Of a DNA stretch of 37,880 nucleotides, positions 1 through 11,572 are shown piece after piece. The stretch is from Verrucomicrobiota bacterium (GTDB lineage Bacteria; Verrucomicrobiota; Kiritimatiellia; RFP12; UBA1067). A model generated the notes under the pieces. That model saw only the letters and a program-made list of their open reading frames with translations. It was not told the DNA's origin and did not search any database. Made by a program: the position numbers and the translations under genes. How positions within the stretch are numbered: position 1 is the first letter of the stretch; each line of letters starts with the position of its first letter. Where the stretch lies: assembly GCA_022704125.1 (NCBI GenBank), contig JAKJHA010000002.1:1-37880 (forward strand). The letters run 5' to 3'.

Positions 1-16
1 CCGCCGGCAGTTGAAA

Positions 17-37
17 TTTAGGATTTAGGATTTAGGA
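17..37 (+). repeat. Tandem heptamer array TTTAGGA x3 (last unit reads TTAGGAG)
   Basis: Direct reading of 17-37. Same unit family as the arrays at 10855-10882 and, inverted, 11000-11020. A single inverted unit CTCCTAA lies at about 328-334. Confidence 0.8.
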
Positions 38-170
38 GTTTTTCCTTCCGGCGTTCGCTGTTCACAGGAGCGGCGTGACTGCCACTGGGCAATTGGCACT
101 TGCCCTCCCGGCGATCCGCAAGCCCAATCACGAACGGACGAGCGTCCCCGCGAGTCGCACAACCATGTAT

Positions 171-279
171 CTGGAGTGCGGCGGCAAGCGGTATTCCGCG
201 CGACGCCGCTTTGGCACAGACGGGCCGGAAAGCGGTGCCGCGACCCGCGCACAGCGCGGCTCTTGTCACCGCACTCCAG
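171..279. repeat. Nested palindromic REP-like element
   Basis: Perfect 11-bp outer stem CTGGAGTGCGG (171-181) / CCGCACTCCAG (269-279) enclosing shorter inner stems (AAGCGG/CCGCTT, GCCGCG/CGCGGC). When translated it gives the 'ECGGKR...CHRTP' pseudo-peptide I associate with a repeat family common in PVC/Acidobacteria genomes. Confidence 0.65.
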
Positions 280-387
280 GATGTGCGCTCGCCTTTCCAG
301 CACGCTGCGTCTCAATGCGTGACTGCTCCTAAAAACCTTCGTGGCTTTGTGTCCTTCGTGTGAGATATCCGCTCCCCCCCCACAAAC

Positions 388-420
388 AAAAAAACCGCGA
401 ATCCTTTCGGACTCGCGGTT
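388..420 (-). terminator. Rho-independent terminator downstream of tRNA-Asp
   Basis: Hairpin AACCGCGA-A-TCC / GGA-C-TCGCGGTT (393-420) starts 14 nt after the tRNA 3-prime end. On the minus strand it is followed by a T7 run (complement of 388-394). Confidence 0.7.
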
Positions 421-434
421 CTCGAAAATCAAAA

Positions 435-511
435 TGGCGGGGTGGACGGGATTCGAACCCGCGACCACCGGATCGACAGTCCGGTGCGCTAACCAATTGC
501 GCCACCACCCC
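435..511 (-). tRNA. tRNA-Asp (anticodon GTC), CCA encoded
   Basis: The reverse complement folds as a 77-nt cloverleaf. Acceptor GGGGTGG/CCACCCC, D-arm GCGC-AATTGGTTA-GCGC, anticodon arm CCGGA-CTGTCGA-TCCGG (GTC), T-arm GCGGG-TTCGAAT-CCCGT, discriminator G + CCA. Confidence 0.93.
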
Positions 512-526
512 GCAAAAGTGAACAGC

Positions 527-555
527 AATGTATCAAACGCTCCGCAGAGTTGCAA
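527..555 (-). promoter_or_regulatory. Sigma70-like promoter for tRNA-Asp
   Basis: The minus strand reads TTGCAA (550-555), a 17-nt spacer, then TACATT (527-532). The -10 element ends about 15 nt upstream of the tRNA 5-prime end. Confidence 0.5.
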
Positions 556-650
556 GCGTGATTTTTGGGGGATTTGTAATCGGTTAGTGATAGGGGGGAA
601 GAGTTATCGTTTACGGGTACGTGAACGAGTGTGTGCACGGGGTATGGCCA

Positions 651-811
651 ACGTTCACGTTCACAGCGCAGCGGTGCACGTTCACGTTCTCCAAATCGGT
701 ATCGGTATCGCTATCGGGTTCGAAATCGACTGTTGCGCCCACGCAGTGGCTCGCAGCGGCAAGTGTAATGATGGCGGCGATACCGATCCCGATACCGATA
801 GCGATACCGAT
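651..811. repeat. Composite hexamer-repeat palindrome
   Basis: (ACGTTC)2 occurs at 651-662 and 678-689. A hexamer array ATCGGT-ATCGGT-ATCGCT-ATCGGG lies at 695-718 and its inverted counterpart (ACCGAT/CCCGAT/AGCGAT units) at 777-811, about 58 bp apart. The region is non-coding, and ORFs across it translate to IGIGIAIG / DTDPDTDSDTD. Confidence 0.8.
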
Positions 812-907
812 GGTGGCGCAATGGAACCCTGAAACGTATGACCTTCGCACTCCCCTGTCACTAACCGATTACTTGCGGCTGAGGCGGGAAAGGTGTAAGG
901 TATTTGT

Positions 908-3900
908 GTGAATGTATTGAAGTGGAGGATGACGCGGGGTGTGTTCGTTGGCGTAGTGGCTACCGCGCTGTATGGCCGGGCGGCTGATGCGACGAATACG
1001 TTTGACCGGATCTATCTGGGGTCGCGTCCGTCGGTATCGGCTGACGGCAGCCGGTTTGTCTTTGAGTGGTGCGATAACATCTGGATCGCGCCAACGGCGG
1101 GCGGTACGGCGACCCCATTGCAGAATGGCAACGCGAAGGATGTCTGGCCGGTGCTGGCACCGGACGGCAAGCGCGTGGCGTTCCAAAGCAATCGCGACGG
1201 CGGCTGGAAGATCTTTGAGGTGAATCTGGATGACGGCCGGACGCGCCAGCTCTCGTTCCATTCGGAGGGCGCGCGTCCCTACGGCTGGACGGCGGATGGC
1301 ACGGCGCTGCTGGCGGTTATCGCGCGTGACCATGACGGCGGTCGTTCGCTGGAGCGCGTGGCGCTCCTGCCGACCGCTGCGCGCGGCCCGGAGCAGGTGC
1401 TCTTTGATAATCCGGCGACCGAGCCGTGTCTTGCGCCGGATGGTCAGCGCCTGCTCTTTATGATCGGCGGCGGCGACCTCTACCGTTGGCGTGCCACCAG
1501 CAGTCAGTCGGCCCAGATCTGGCTGTACGACCGGCGCGACCAGCGCTTTACCTGTCTGGTCAAGCGCACGACCGAGAGCCGCACGCCGCTGTGGACACCC
1601 GACGGCAAGGGCTTCTACTACGTGTCGGGCGAGGGCGGCTGCATGAATGTGCGTCACCACGACCTGGCTTCCGGCGACGAGCGGCCGATCACACATTACA
1701 CGGAAGATGCCGTCATTCACCCCACCCTTTCGCATGATGGGCGCACGCTGATTTTCCGTCGGCTGTTTGACTTCTACCGCATGGACCCGACGCGGCCGGA
1801 GCAGCCGCCGGAACGTATCGTGTTGCAGGCGGGCTCCGCGCCATCGCGGCCGGTCTCGCGTCGCCGCTACTACACCGCCTGCTGGAATAATGACGAGGCG
1901 GGCTGCGTGGCATTCTGCGACGACGGCATGCAGATCGCTTTCACGACGGGCGGCGATCTCTGGGTGATGGACACGGTGCTGCGCGATCCCAAACTGGTAC
2001 ACGGCGCGACGCGCACGCATGAGCGCGACTGTGTCTTCACGCCGGATGGCACGGCGCTCTACTATCTCTCCGACCAAGGCGACGGTGTCGCGCTATGGCG
2101 CGCGGAACGCGCGGATGCCGCCCTCTGCTGGTGGGAGAACACGACCTTCCGCAGGACCGTGCTGACGCATGACGAGACAAACCGCCGCCAGTTGCAGATC
2201 AGCCCGGACGGCACGCGCCTCTCTTGGGTGGAGCCGTGTGGCAACTTGGTGGTGGCCGATACCAACGGTGTGGTGGTCACGCGCTGTCGGCGGGCATCGA
2301 ACGCGGGCACTTACGCCTGGTCGCCGGACAGCCGCTGGCTGGTGGCTTCGCTGGCGGATGACTACGGCAATCTGGATATCTGGTTGCTGGCGGCGGATGG
2401 CAAGGCGGCGGATTACAACCTCTCGCGCCACTTCAATTGGGACGGCTATCCGTGTTGGTCGCCGGACGGCAAGCTGGTGGCGTTCGTGGGGGTGCGGCCG
2501 GATAACCAGACCGATCTCTTTTACGTCTGGCTGAGCCGGGCCGATGAAGAGCGCAACACCTTCGACAAGGAGCGGGAGGCGGCGCGCGCGGCGATGAAAA
2601 AGGGGAGCGGCAAGAAGAAGGCAGAGGACGAGAAGAAGAAGGAGGATGCCGCCGTTACGCCGGTCACCATCGATTTCGATGACCTGCATCTGCGTGTGCG
2701 CCGGATCACATTGAAGGATGTGACGCCCGCGCATCCCTTCTTTTCGCACGACAGCCGCACGCTGGCTTTCGAGGCGACCGTCAAGGGTGTCGCGGGCACC
2801 TACAAGGTGGTGCTGCCGGATAAGCTGACGCCGGAATTGTTGACGCGTCGGCGTGGCCGCGCACTCCAGTGGTTGGCCAAGGATAACCGGCTACTCTGGT
2901 TGAGCGACAACCTGCCTGCGCATTTCGACAAGACCTTTGCCTTTTCCGCCTATCAGGAAACCGATCTGCGCGACTACCAGGAGCTTGGCTTTTTGATGGC
3001 CTGGGCCAAGCTGCGCGATTGGTTTTACGATGCCGGTTATCATGGCGCGGATTGGCCGCGCGTGAAGGCGAAGTATCGCGATGCCGCGCGTTACGCGCCC
3101 AGCTACTCGGTCTTTCAGCGCGTGATGGCGCTCTTACACGGTGAGCTGAACTCCTCGCATCTGGGATTCACGACCTCTTCGAGCAGCAGGAAAGAGTGGG
3201 ACAAAACGGCGGAGTTTCAATCTTGGTCGATCGTGACCGCGCATCTTGGCCTGCGCTTCGAGCCGTCGGACGCGGGGCCCGGCTGGCTGATTCGTGATGT
3301 GGTGCCGGACGGTCCGGCCGATCAGATCACACTGAAGCTGAAATCCGGCGACCGTGTGTTGGCGGTGGACGGTAAGTCGGTCGGCCCCAAGACCGATCCC
3401 GCAGAAGTGCTCAACGGACCGGAGAAGCGCAACATCGAGCTGACCGTGCGTTCCGGCGACCAAGCGCCGCGCCAGATCACGCTACCCGCCGCGACATACA
3501 GTACGATCCGTGAAAAGCTCAAGACAGCCGCATTCGAAGCGGTGCGTGCGCGGGTACGCGAGGCCAGCGGCGGTCGGCTCGGTTACCTTAACATCCAGCG
3601 CATGCGCTGGGATGACTACTACCGGTTTGAGCAGGATATTTTCGCCGAAGGGTTTGACAAGGAGGGGCTGATCATCGACGTGCGCGACAACACCGGCGGC
3701 TTTGTGGCTGATCGCATCTTGGGCGTGCTGTGCGGCAACGTGCATTCGATCGCCGTGGCGCGTGATGCGGCGCCGGCCTATCTCTCCGGTTACTGGGGTC
3801 GGCCGGTCTGGGACAAGCCGATCGTGGTGCTGTGCAACGAGAACACGGTCAGCAACGGTGAGATTTTCACGCACGCCATCAAGACGTTGAAGCGTGGTAA

Positions 3901-4180
3901 GATTGTCGGCGTGCCGACCTGCGGGGGCGTGATCGCGACTTCGGATGTTGCGTTGCTGGACCTTGGTACGCTGCGGTTGCCGCATCGCGGCTGGTTCCTG
4001 CCGGATGGCACCGATATGGAGCTGAACGGCACGCAGCCGGATGTGTTGGTTTGGAATGAACCGGGCGACGCGGCGGCAGGCCGGGATCGGCAGCTTGATG
4101 CGGCGCTCGAGGTGCTCAAGCAAGAGGTCGCGCGCGAAAAGCAGAATCAGCAGCCGGTCAAGTTGCGGTATGCGCGGTGA
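908..4180 (+). CDS. Tricorn-like protease: TolB/PD40 beta-propellers + PDZ + peptidase S41 domain
   Basis: Single 1090-aa ORF. Signal-like N-terminus MTRGVFVGVVATALYGRAADA, so ATG 929 is an alternative start to GTG 908. Many 'SPDG/APDG/TPDG + K/R-x-hydrophobic-F/Y' propeller blades. PDZ-like 'IRDVVPDGPADQ..LKSGDRVLAVDG'. S41 core 'VLCNENTVSNGEIFTHAIKTLKRGKIVGVPTCGG'. Confidence 0.85.
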   Translation: MNVLKWRMTRGVFVGVVATALYGRAADATNTFDRIYLGSRPSVSADGSRFVFEWCDNIWIAPTAGGTATPLQNGNAKDVWPVLAPDGKRVAFQSNRDGGWKIFEVNLDDGRTRQLSFHSEGARPYGWTADGTALLAVIARDHDGGRSLERVALLPTAARGPEQVLFDNPATEPCLAPDGQRLLFMIGGGDLYRWRATSSQSAQIWLYDRRDQRFTCLVKRTTESRTPLWTPDGKGFYYVSGEGGCMNVRHHDLASGDERPITHYTEDAVIHPTLSHDGRTLIFRRLFDFYRMDPTRPEQPPERIVLQAGSAPSRPVSRRRYYTACWNNDEAGCVAFCDDGMQIAFTTGGDLWVMDTVLRDPKLVHGATRTHERDCVFTPDGTALYYLSDQGDGVALWRAERADAALCWWENTTFRRTVLTHDETNRRQLQISPDGTRLSWVEPCGNLVVADTNGVVVTRCRRASNAGTYAWSPDSRWLVASLADDYGNLDIWLLAADGKAADYNLSRHFNWDGYPCWSPDGKLVAFVGVRPDNQTDLFYVWLSRADEERNTFDKEREAARAAMKKGSGKKKAEDEKKKEDAAVTPVTIDFDDLHLRVRRITLKDVTPAHPFFSHDSRTLAFEATVKGVAGTYKVVLPDKLTPELLTRRRGRALQWLAKDNRLLWLSDNLPAHFDKTFAFSAYQETDLRDYQELGFLMAWAKLRDWFYDAGYHGADWPRVKAKYRDAARYAPSYSVFQRVMALLHGELNSSHLGFTTSSSSRKEWDKTAEFQSWSIVTAHLGLRFEPSDAGPGWLIRDVVPDGPADQITLKLKSGDRVLAVDGKSVGPKTDPAEVLNGPEKRNIELTVRSGDQAPRQITLPAATYSTIREKLKTAAFEAVRARVREASGGRLGYLNIQRMRWDDYYRFEQDIFAEGFDKEGLIIDVRDNTGGFVADRILGVLCGNVHSIAVARDAAPAYLSGYWGRPVWDKPIVVLCNENTVSNGEIFTHAIKTLKRGKIVGVPTCGGVIATSDVALLDLGTLRLPHRGWFLPDGTDMELNGTQPDVLVWNEPGDAAAGRDRQLDAALEVLKQEVAREKQNQQPVKLRYAR

Positions 4181-4231
4181 GTGCGGCGCGGTGCGCCGGG
4201 AGGGGCAAGCGTCCGCTTGCCCGGCGGCGTA

Positions 4232-4282
4232 AACGCCGCCCACAGGACCAACGCCGCCCACAGGACCAACGCCGCCCACAGG
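4232..4282 (+). repeat. 18-bp tandem repeat AACGCCGCCCACAGGACC (2.8 copies)
   Basis: Copies at 4232-4249, 4250-4267 and 4268-4282 (partial), preceded by hairpin GGGCAAGC-GTCC-GCTTGCCC at about 4203-4222. Lies in the intergenic space between the protease and the oxidoreductase. Confidence 0.85.
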
Positions 4283-4321
4283 GCTGTAGGAGAAACGGAA
4301 AGAAGGAAAGAAAGAGGGATT

Positions 4322-5659
4322 ATGTCAATACACATCGGAAGTAAGCAGTCGGGAACGGGCGGCGCGGTGAGCCGTCGCGGGTTCCTCAAATGCGCTGCCG
4401 CTGCTGGCGGGGCGCTCGCGATGCCGACCTTGATACCGGCGTCGGCCTTGGGGCGTGACGGCGCGGTTGCGCCCAGTGAGCGGATTGTAATGGGAGGCAT
4501 CGGCATCGGCGGGCGCGGCTCGGCTGATCTGGGCCACGGCATTCTGCCTGAGAAGGATACGCAGTTTGTGGCGGTCTGTGATGTGCGCAAGGACCGGCGC
4601 GAAGCGGTCAAGCGTATGGTAGACACCAAGTACGGCAATCAGGATTGCGCGACCTACAGCGATATCCGCGAGTTTCTGGCCACGCGTACTGACATCGATG
4701 CGGTGTTGATCGCCACCAGCGACCGCTGGCATGCCGCAGCCTCTGTGTTGGCGATGCGCGCCGGTAAGGATGTCTATTGCGAGAAGCCTGGCTCGATGAC
4801 GATCGCAGAGGGGCAGGCGGTGGTGGATGCGGCGCGGCGTTACGCCCGCGTTTTCCAGACCGGCACCCAGCGCCTGAGCGAGGCGAATTTCACGGTGGCT
4901 AATGAATTGCTGCGGCTAGGCCGACTCGGCAAGATCCACACGGTGCGTGCGCATATCGCGCCGTGGGACAGCGCCTACATGAACCGCGCTTGGCTGCCGG
5001 CCGAACCGGAGCCGCCGCGCGAAGAGTTGGACTGGGATGCTTGGCTCGGGCCGGCACCGTGGCGGCCTTACAATTCGCGCTATGTCAGAGGCGGCTGGCA
5101 CGGACAGTACGATTTCCACACAAGCTGCATCGGCGAATGGGGCTCGCACACCTTCGCGCAGTGTCATGTGGCGTTGGGGCTGGGCCATTCCGCGCCGGTC
5201 TTTTACGGATATGTGAACAACGAAACCAGCGACGGCATGGTGATGCGCTTTGCCAACGGCGTGGAGATGGTGTCGCAGCGTACCGGCTGGCACGGCTCGT
5301 GCGGGGTGCGCTTTGAGGGGAGCGAGGGGTGGGTCGCCTGTGCCGACGGTTATCAGCGGCCGGAGGTCTCGCGTCCGTCGCTGCTGGCCGACTACACTAA
5401 GCTGGTCAACGACTATCAGGCACGCACGGGCCGCCGTATGGGACACATGCGCAACTTCCTCGACTGCGTGCGTACACGCCAGCAACCGGTGGCGGATGCC
5501 GGGGTCATGCACTACTCGATGGCGGCCGTGCATGCGGCGAACATCGCGATGTGGCTGAAACGCGACATGCGCTTTGACCCGGTCAAGAACGAGTTCATCA
5601 ACGACCCGGAAGCCAACCGTATGCGTTCGCGCGCGATGCGTCAGCCGTGGCAAATCTAA
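4322..5659 (+). CDS. Gfo/Idh/MocA family oxidoreductase with twin-arginine (TAT) signal
   Basis: ATG 4322 preceded by AAAGAGGGA. TAT motif 'SRRGFLKCAAAAGGALAMP'. Rossmann start 'MGGIGIGGRGS'. 'VYCEKP' motif typical of the family. The ORF-track extension 4181-4321 is translated repeat DNA. Confidence 0.85.
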   Translation: MSIHIGSKQSGTGGAVSRRGFLKCAAAAGGALAMPTLIPASALGRDGAVAPSERIVMGGIGIGGRGSADLGHGILPEKDTQFVAVCDVRKDRREAVKRMVDTKYGNQDCATYSDIREFLATRTDIDAVLIATSDRWHAAASVLAMRAGKDVYCEKPGSMTIAEGQAVVDAARRYARVFQTGTQRLSEANFTVANELLRLGRLGKIHTVRAHIAPWDSAYMNRAWLPAEPEPPREELDWDAWLGPAPWRPYNSRYVRGGWHGQYDFHTSCIGEWGSHTFAQCHVALGLGHSAPVFYGYVNNETSDGMVMRFANGVEMVSQRTGWHGSCGVRFEGSEGWVACADGYQRPEVSRPSLLADYTKLVNDYQARTGRRMGHMRNFLDCVRTRQQPVADAGVMHYSMAAVHAANIAMWLKRDMRFDPVKNEFINDPEANRMRSRAMRQPWQI

Positions 5660-5685
5660 CCTTCGAATGTGAGTCAAGGAGACGT

Positions 5686-7629
5686 ATGAAAACCATTACA
5701 CATCTGTTGTTTGCGTGTTGTTTGAGCCTGCCGCTGCTGGCGGCGGAACCGCAGTCTGAAGCGGCGCTCATCAAGGTGCTGACCGATGGCGCTTCGACGC
5801 ACCATCAAAAAAATGACGCCTGCATTGAACTGGGACGCGTGGGCACTCAGGCGGCGGTGGCCCCGCTGGCTGCGCTGTTGGCCGATGACAAGCTCGCCCA
5901 CATGGCGCGTTACGCGCTGGAGACGATCCCGCACCCGTCGGTCGACGAGGCGTTGCGCGCCGCGCTTGGCCGTCTGCAAGGGCGTCTGCTGACGGGCGTG
6001 ATCCAGTCGGTTGGCGTGCGGCGCGATGCACAGGCGGTGCCGGCGTTGGCCAAGCACCTCGGCGCGACTGATCCTGAAGTCGCGGCGGCTGCGGCTGTCG
6101 CGCTCGGGCGTATCGGCACGCCGACTGCGCGTGAGCCTCTGGTGGGTGCGCTCGGGCGGGTGCCTGCGGCGGCGGAGGGGTTGTTGGCGTGTGCCGAAGC
6201 TGCTGTGCCGACCGATGCGTGCGCGTTGTATGACCGGTTGCGTGCGGCGCAAGTGCCGTCGCATGTGAAGATGGCCGCTGTACGCGGTGCGATTCTGTCG
6301 CGCGGCGCAGAAGCCGGTCTGCCGCTGTTGCTGGAACAGCTTCGGAGCGATGATCCCGCGATGTTCAGCGTGGCGCTGCGGGTCGGTCAAGAGCTGGTCG
6401 GCACCGGTGTCACGCAGGCGTTTGCGACTGAACTGCCGCGTTTGCCTGCTGTCAAGCAGGTGGGGGTGGTTGCGTTGCTGGGCGAGCGCGGTGACGGCGC
6501 GGCCGCACCGGCGTTGATCGCGCTGGTCGAGCGTGGCGAGCCTGTGGCGCGCGTGGCGGCCATTGCTGCGCTCGAACGGCTGGGCTGTGCTGCGGCATTG
6601 CCGGTGTTTGCGCGCCTGGCGGTATCCAAGGAGGACGAGCAGGTTGTCAAGGCCGCTCAAGCGGCGCTGGTCTCGTTTAGCGGCCAAGAGGCCGACGCCA
6701 TGATCGTGTCGCTGCTCGATAAGCCGGACAATGCATTGCGCCTGTTGGGGATTGATCTGGCTGGACGTCGCCGCATCGTTTCGGCGGTGCCGCGTTTGTT
6801 GGATTTGGCCGCTTCGCAAGATGCGCAACTCGCGGCGGCCAGCCTCAAGGTTCTCGGCGAGTTGGCCGGGGAGGGCGAGCTGAATGCGTTGCTGACGATC
6901 TTGCCGAAGACGCCGGTGCTCGAAGCGGCCGAGCGTGCGGTGTCGGCGGTGTGCCAGCGGCTGAGTGTGCTCAAGCCCGGCACGGTTGCGGTGATCAAGG
7001 CCGTTTACGGCGTGCTACCTGATGGCCCGCAGAAAGAGGTCACCGCCAAGGTGGCGGAGATGATCAAAGACGGCAAGACGATGCTTGAGATCAACAATGG
7101 CTCGTTCGGTGATTCGGCACCGGGCAAGGTCAAGCAGTTCGAGATGACCTACACCATCAACGGCGTGCCGCGCAAAGCTAAAACGGGCGAGGGCGCTACG
7201 TTGCGGATTGACGTTGGTGCTGCCGCGTTGCCGCCGCCGGTTTTCAAGGCGCTGACCGATGCGTATGCGCAAGCGAACGGTGCGCCGAAGCTTGCACTGC
7301 TGCGTATTCTGAGCAACATCGGCGGCGCGGAGTCGCTGGCGCTGGTGCGACAGGCGGCCGCGAGTGCCGACCCGACGCTCAAAGAAGCCGCGCAACGCGC
7401 ACTGTGCGACTGGCAGTCGCCCGATGTCGTGCCGGATCTGGAAGCGCTGATCACGGCGGACAAAGCGTCGCGCATCGGCATTCTGGCGTTGCGGGCGTAT
7501 GTCAAGCTCGTGCCGGCGCAGCAGGTTTCGGTCGAGCAGAAACGCGCCGCGCTGACGCGTGCGCTTGAGTGGGCAACACGCGATGAGGAACGCGCGCTGA
7601 TTCAGGCCACGCTGAAAGAACTCAAGTAG
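5686..7629 (+). CDS. Secreted HEAT-repeat protein
   Basis: ATG 5686 follows AAGGAG. Signal peptide MKTITHLLFACCLSLPLLAAEP. Repeated A/L/V-rich helix pairs of the form 'R..A..ALG.IG'. A short beta-rich insert 'VIKAVYGVLPDG..VTAKV..' interrupts the helical repeats. Confidence 0.75.
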   Translation: MKTITHLLFACCLSLPLLAAEPQSEAALIKVLTDGASTHHQKNDACIELGRVGTQAAVAPLAALLADDKLAHMARYALETIPHPSVDEALRAALGRLQGRLLTGVIQSVGVRRDAQAVPALAKHLGATDPEVAAAAAVALGRIGTPTAREPLVGALGRVPAAAEGLLACAEAAVPTDACALYDRLRAAQVPSHVKMAAVRGAILSRGAEAGLPLLLEQLRSDDPAMFSVALRVGQELVGTGVTQAFATELPRLPAVKQVGVVALLGERGDGAAAPALIALVERGEPVARVAAIAALERLGCAAALPVFARLAVSKEDEQVVKAAQAALVSFSGQEADAMIVSLLDKPDNALRLLGIDLAGRRRIVSAVPRLLDLAASQDAQLAAASLKVLGELAGEGELNALLTILPKTPVLEAAERAVSAVCQRLSVLKPGTVAVIKAVYGVLPDGPQKEVTAKVAEMIKDGKTMLEINNGSFGDSAPGKVKQFEMTYTINGVPRKAKTGEGATLRIDVGAAALPPPVFKALTDAYAQANGAPKLALLRILSNIGGAESLALVRQAAASADPTLKEAAQRALCDWQSPDVVPDLEALITADKASRIGILALRAYVKLVPAQQVSVEQKRAALTRALEWATRDEERALIQATLKELK

Positions 7630-10851
<3,222 letters not shown>

Positions 10852-10854
10852 AAT

Positions 10855-11020
10855 TTAGGAGTTAGGAGTTAGGAGTTAGGAGTTTTGCATGGCTCGGCTT
10901 TGGGGACTGCCGGTACTGCCGATCCTGCGGGTGGTGTGGCACGGGCATCCTGCCCGTGGGCATGGGCACCCGCCCATGCCGCAAACCCGGCAGAACTAAC
11001 TCCTAAATCCTAATTCCTAA
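10855..11020. repeat. MITE-like element: inverted TTAGGAG heptamer arrays flanking a dual-hairpin REP unit
   Basis: (TTAGGAG)x4 at 10855-10882 begins 3 nt after the mfd stop. The inverted array CTCCTAA-ATCCTAA-TTCCTAA lies at 11000-11020. Between them are hairpins CACGGGCA-tcc-TGCCCGTG (10940-10958) and GCATGGGC-N4-GCCCATGC (about 10960-10979). Confidence 0.75.
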
Positions 11021-11058
11021 ATGTCAACTCGAGTTTTGGCTCCGCGCCATACGCGGAA

Positions 11059-11457
11059 TCAAAACTCGACGCGTGCGCGTGCGGCTTTTTTCTCGCTGTG
11101 CTTGCGCTTTTCGTCGAGCATGCGCGCTTTCTGGCGGCGGGAGCGGCGTCGTTTTTGGCGGCGGATTTTTTCAGCGGCCTGACGGCGCGCTGAAAGCTCG
11201 CTTTTCGCGCGCTCTAAAATCTTCTCGGCCAGTTCGCGGCGCGCGAGCCAGCGGTTCGCTTCGCGCGAACGGCTGCGGCCATACTTAATCGTCATGCCGC
11301 TGGGCACGTGATAGAGGCGGACGGTCGATGAGGTTTTGTTGGTCTTTTGCCCACCGGGGCCTGAACCCAGAATAAACGACTCCTGAAGGTCCTCCTCGAA
11401 GACCGAGGCCAGGGCCATGCGCGCTTTGATTTTGTCTATCGTTTCCGGGCTAAGCAA
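11059..11457 (-). CDS. GGQ-motif peptidyl-tRNA hydrolase / release-factor-like protein (ArfB/ICT1-like)
   Basis: 'GSGPGGQKTNKTSSTVRLYHVPSG' RF-1 domain motif followed by a long K/R-rich C-terminal tail, as in ArfB. Preferred start is TTG 11457, which has GGAG 5 nt upstream. ATG 11418 and the track start 11496 are alternatives, and the 11496 extension translates a REP element. Confidence 0.75.
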   Translation of the reverse strand: MLSPETIDKIKARMALASVFEEDLQESFILGSGPGGQKTNKTSSTVRLYHVPSGMTIKYGRSRSREANRWLARRELAEKILERAKSELSARRQAAEKIRRQKRRRSRRQKARMLDEKRKHSEKKAARARVEF

Positions 11458-11487
11458 AAAGACTCCTGACGCCGCAACCGGGTGGGG

Positions 11488-11528
11488 CACGGGCATCTTG
11501 CCCGTGTTTCATGGGCGGGACGCCCATG
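11488..11528 (+). repeat. Dual-hairpin REP-like unit (second copy)
   Basis: CACGGGCA-tct-TGCCCGTG (11488-11506) plus CATGGGCG-gga-CGCCCATG (11510-11528). Same architecture and orientation as 10940-10979. Confidence 0.8.
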
Positions 11529-11542
11529 CCACAGATGGTGCG

Positions 11543-11572
11543 GATCACGGTAAAAAAATTGAAACCGTGATC
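11543..11572. repeat. 9-bp perfect inverted repeat GATCACGGT-N12-ACCGTGATC at the inferred prophage/host junction
   Basis: Read directly at 11543-11551 and 11564-11572, with an A/T-rich 12-nt loop. Located between the REP unit and the stop of the last phage ORF. Confidence 0.7.

Noticed and set aside
435-511. tRNA-Asp as the prophage integration site
   Set aside because: It is separated from the prophage end by 11 kb of housekeeping genes (protease, oxidoreductase, HEAT protein, mfd). No partial tRNA copy is seen near 11,540-11,600.
869-2077. 402-aa minus-strand ORF antisense to the tricorn-like protease. Similar antisense ORFs occur at 2093-2749, 3482-4279, 5674-6828 and 7015-8376.
   Set aside because: Arg/His/Pro/Gln-rich compositions typical of shadow ORFs in high-GC DNA. 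Each lies fully inside a motif-supported gene on the other strand and has no RBS or recognisable motif.
4181-4321. N-terminal 47 codons of the ORF-track version of the oxidoreductase
   Set aside because: It translates a hairpin plus an 18-bp tandem repeat. A proper RBS, ATG and TAT signal begin at 4322.
10855-10882. TTAGGAG arrays considered as telomere-like repeats or a CRISPR array
   Set aside because: They are internal to a bacterial contig. Only 3-4 contiguous units occur with no spacers, so there is no CRISPR repeat-spacer architecture and no cas genes.
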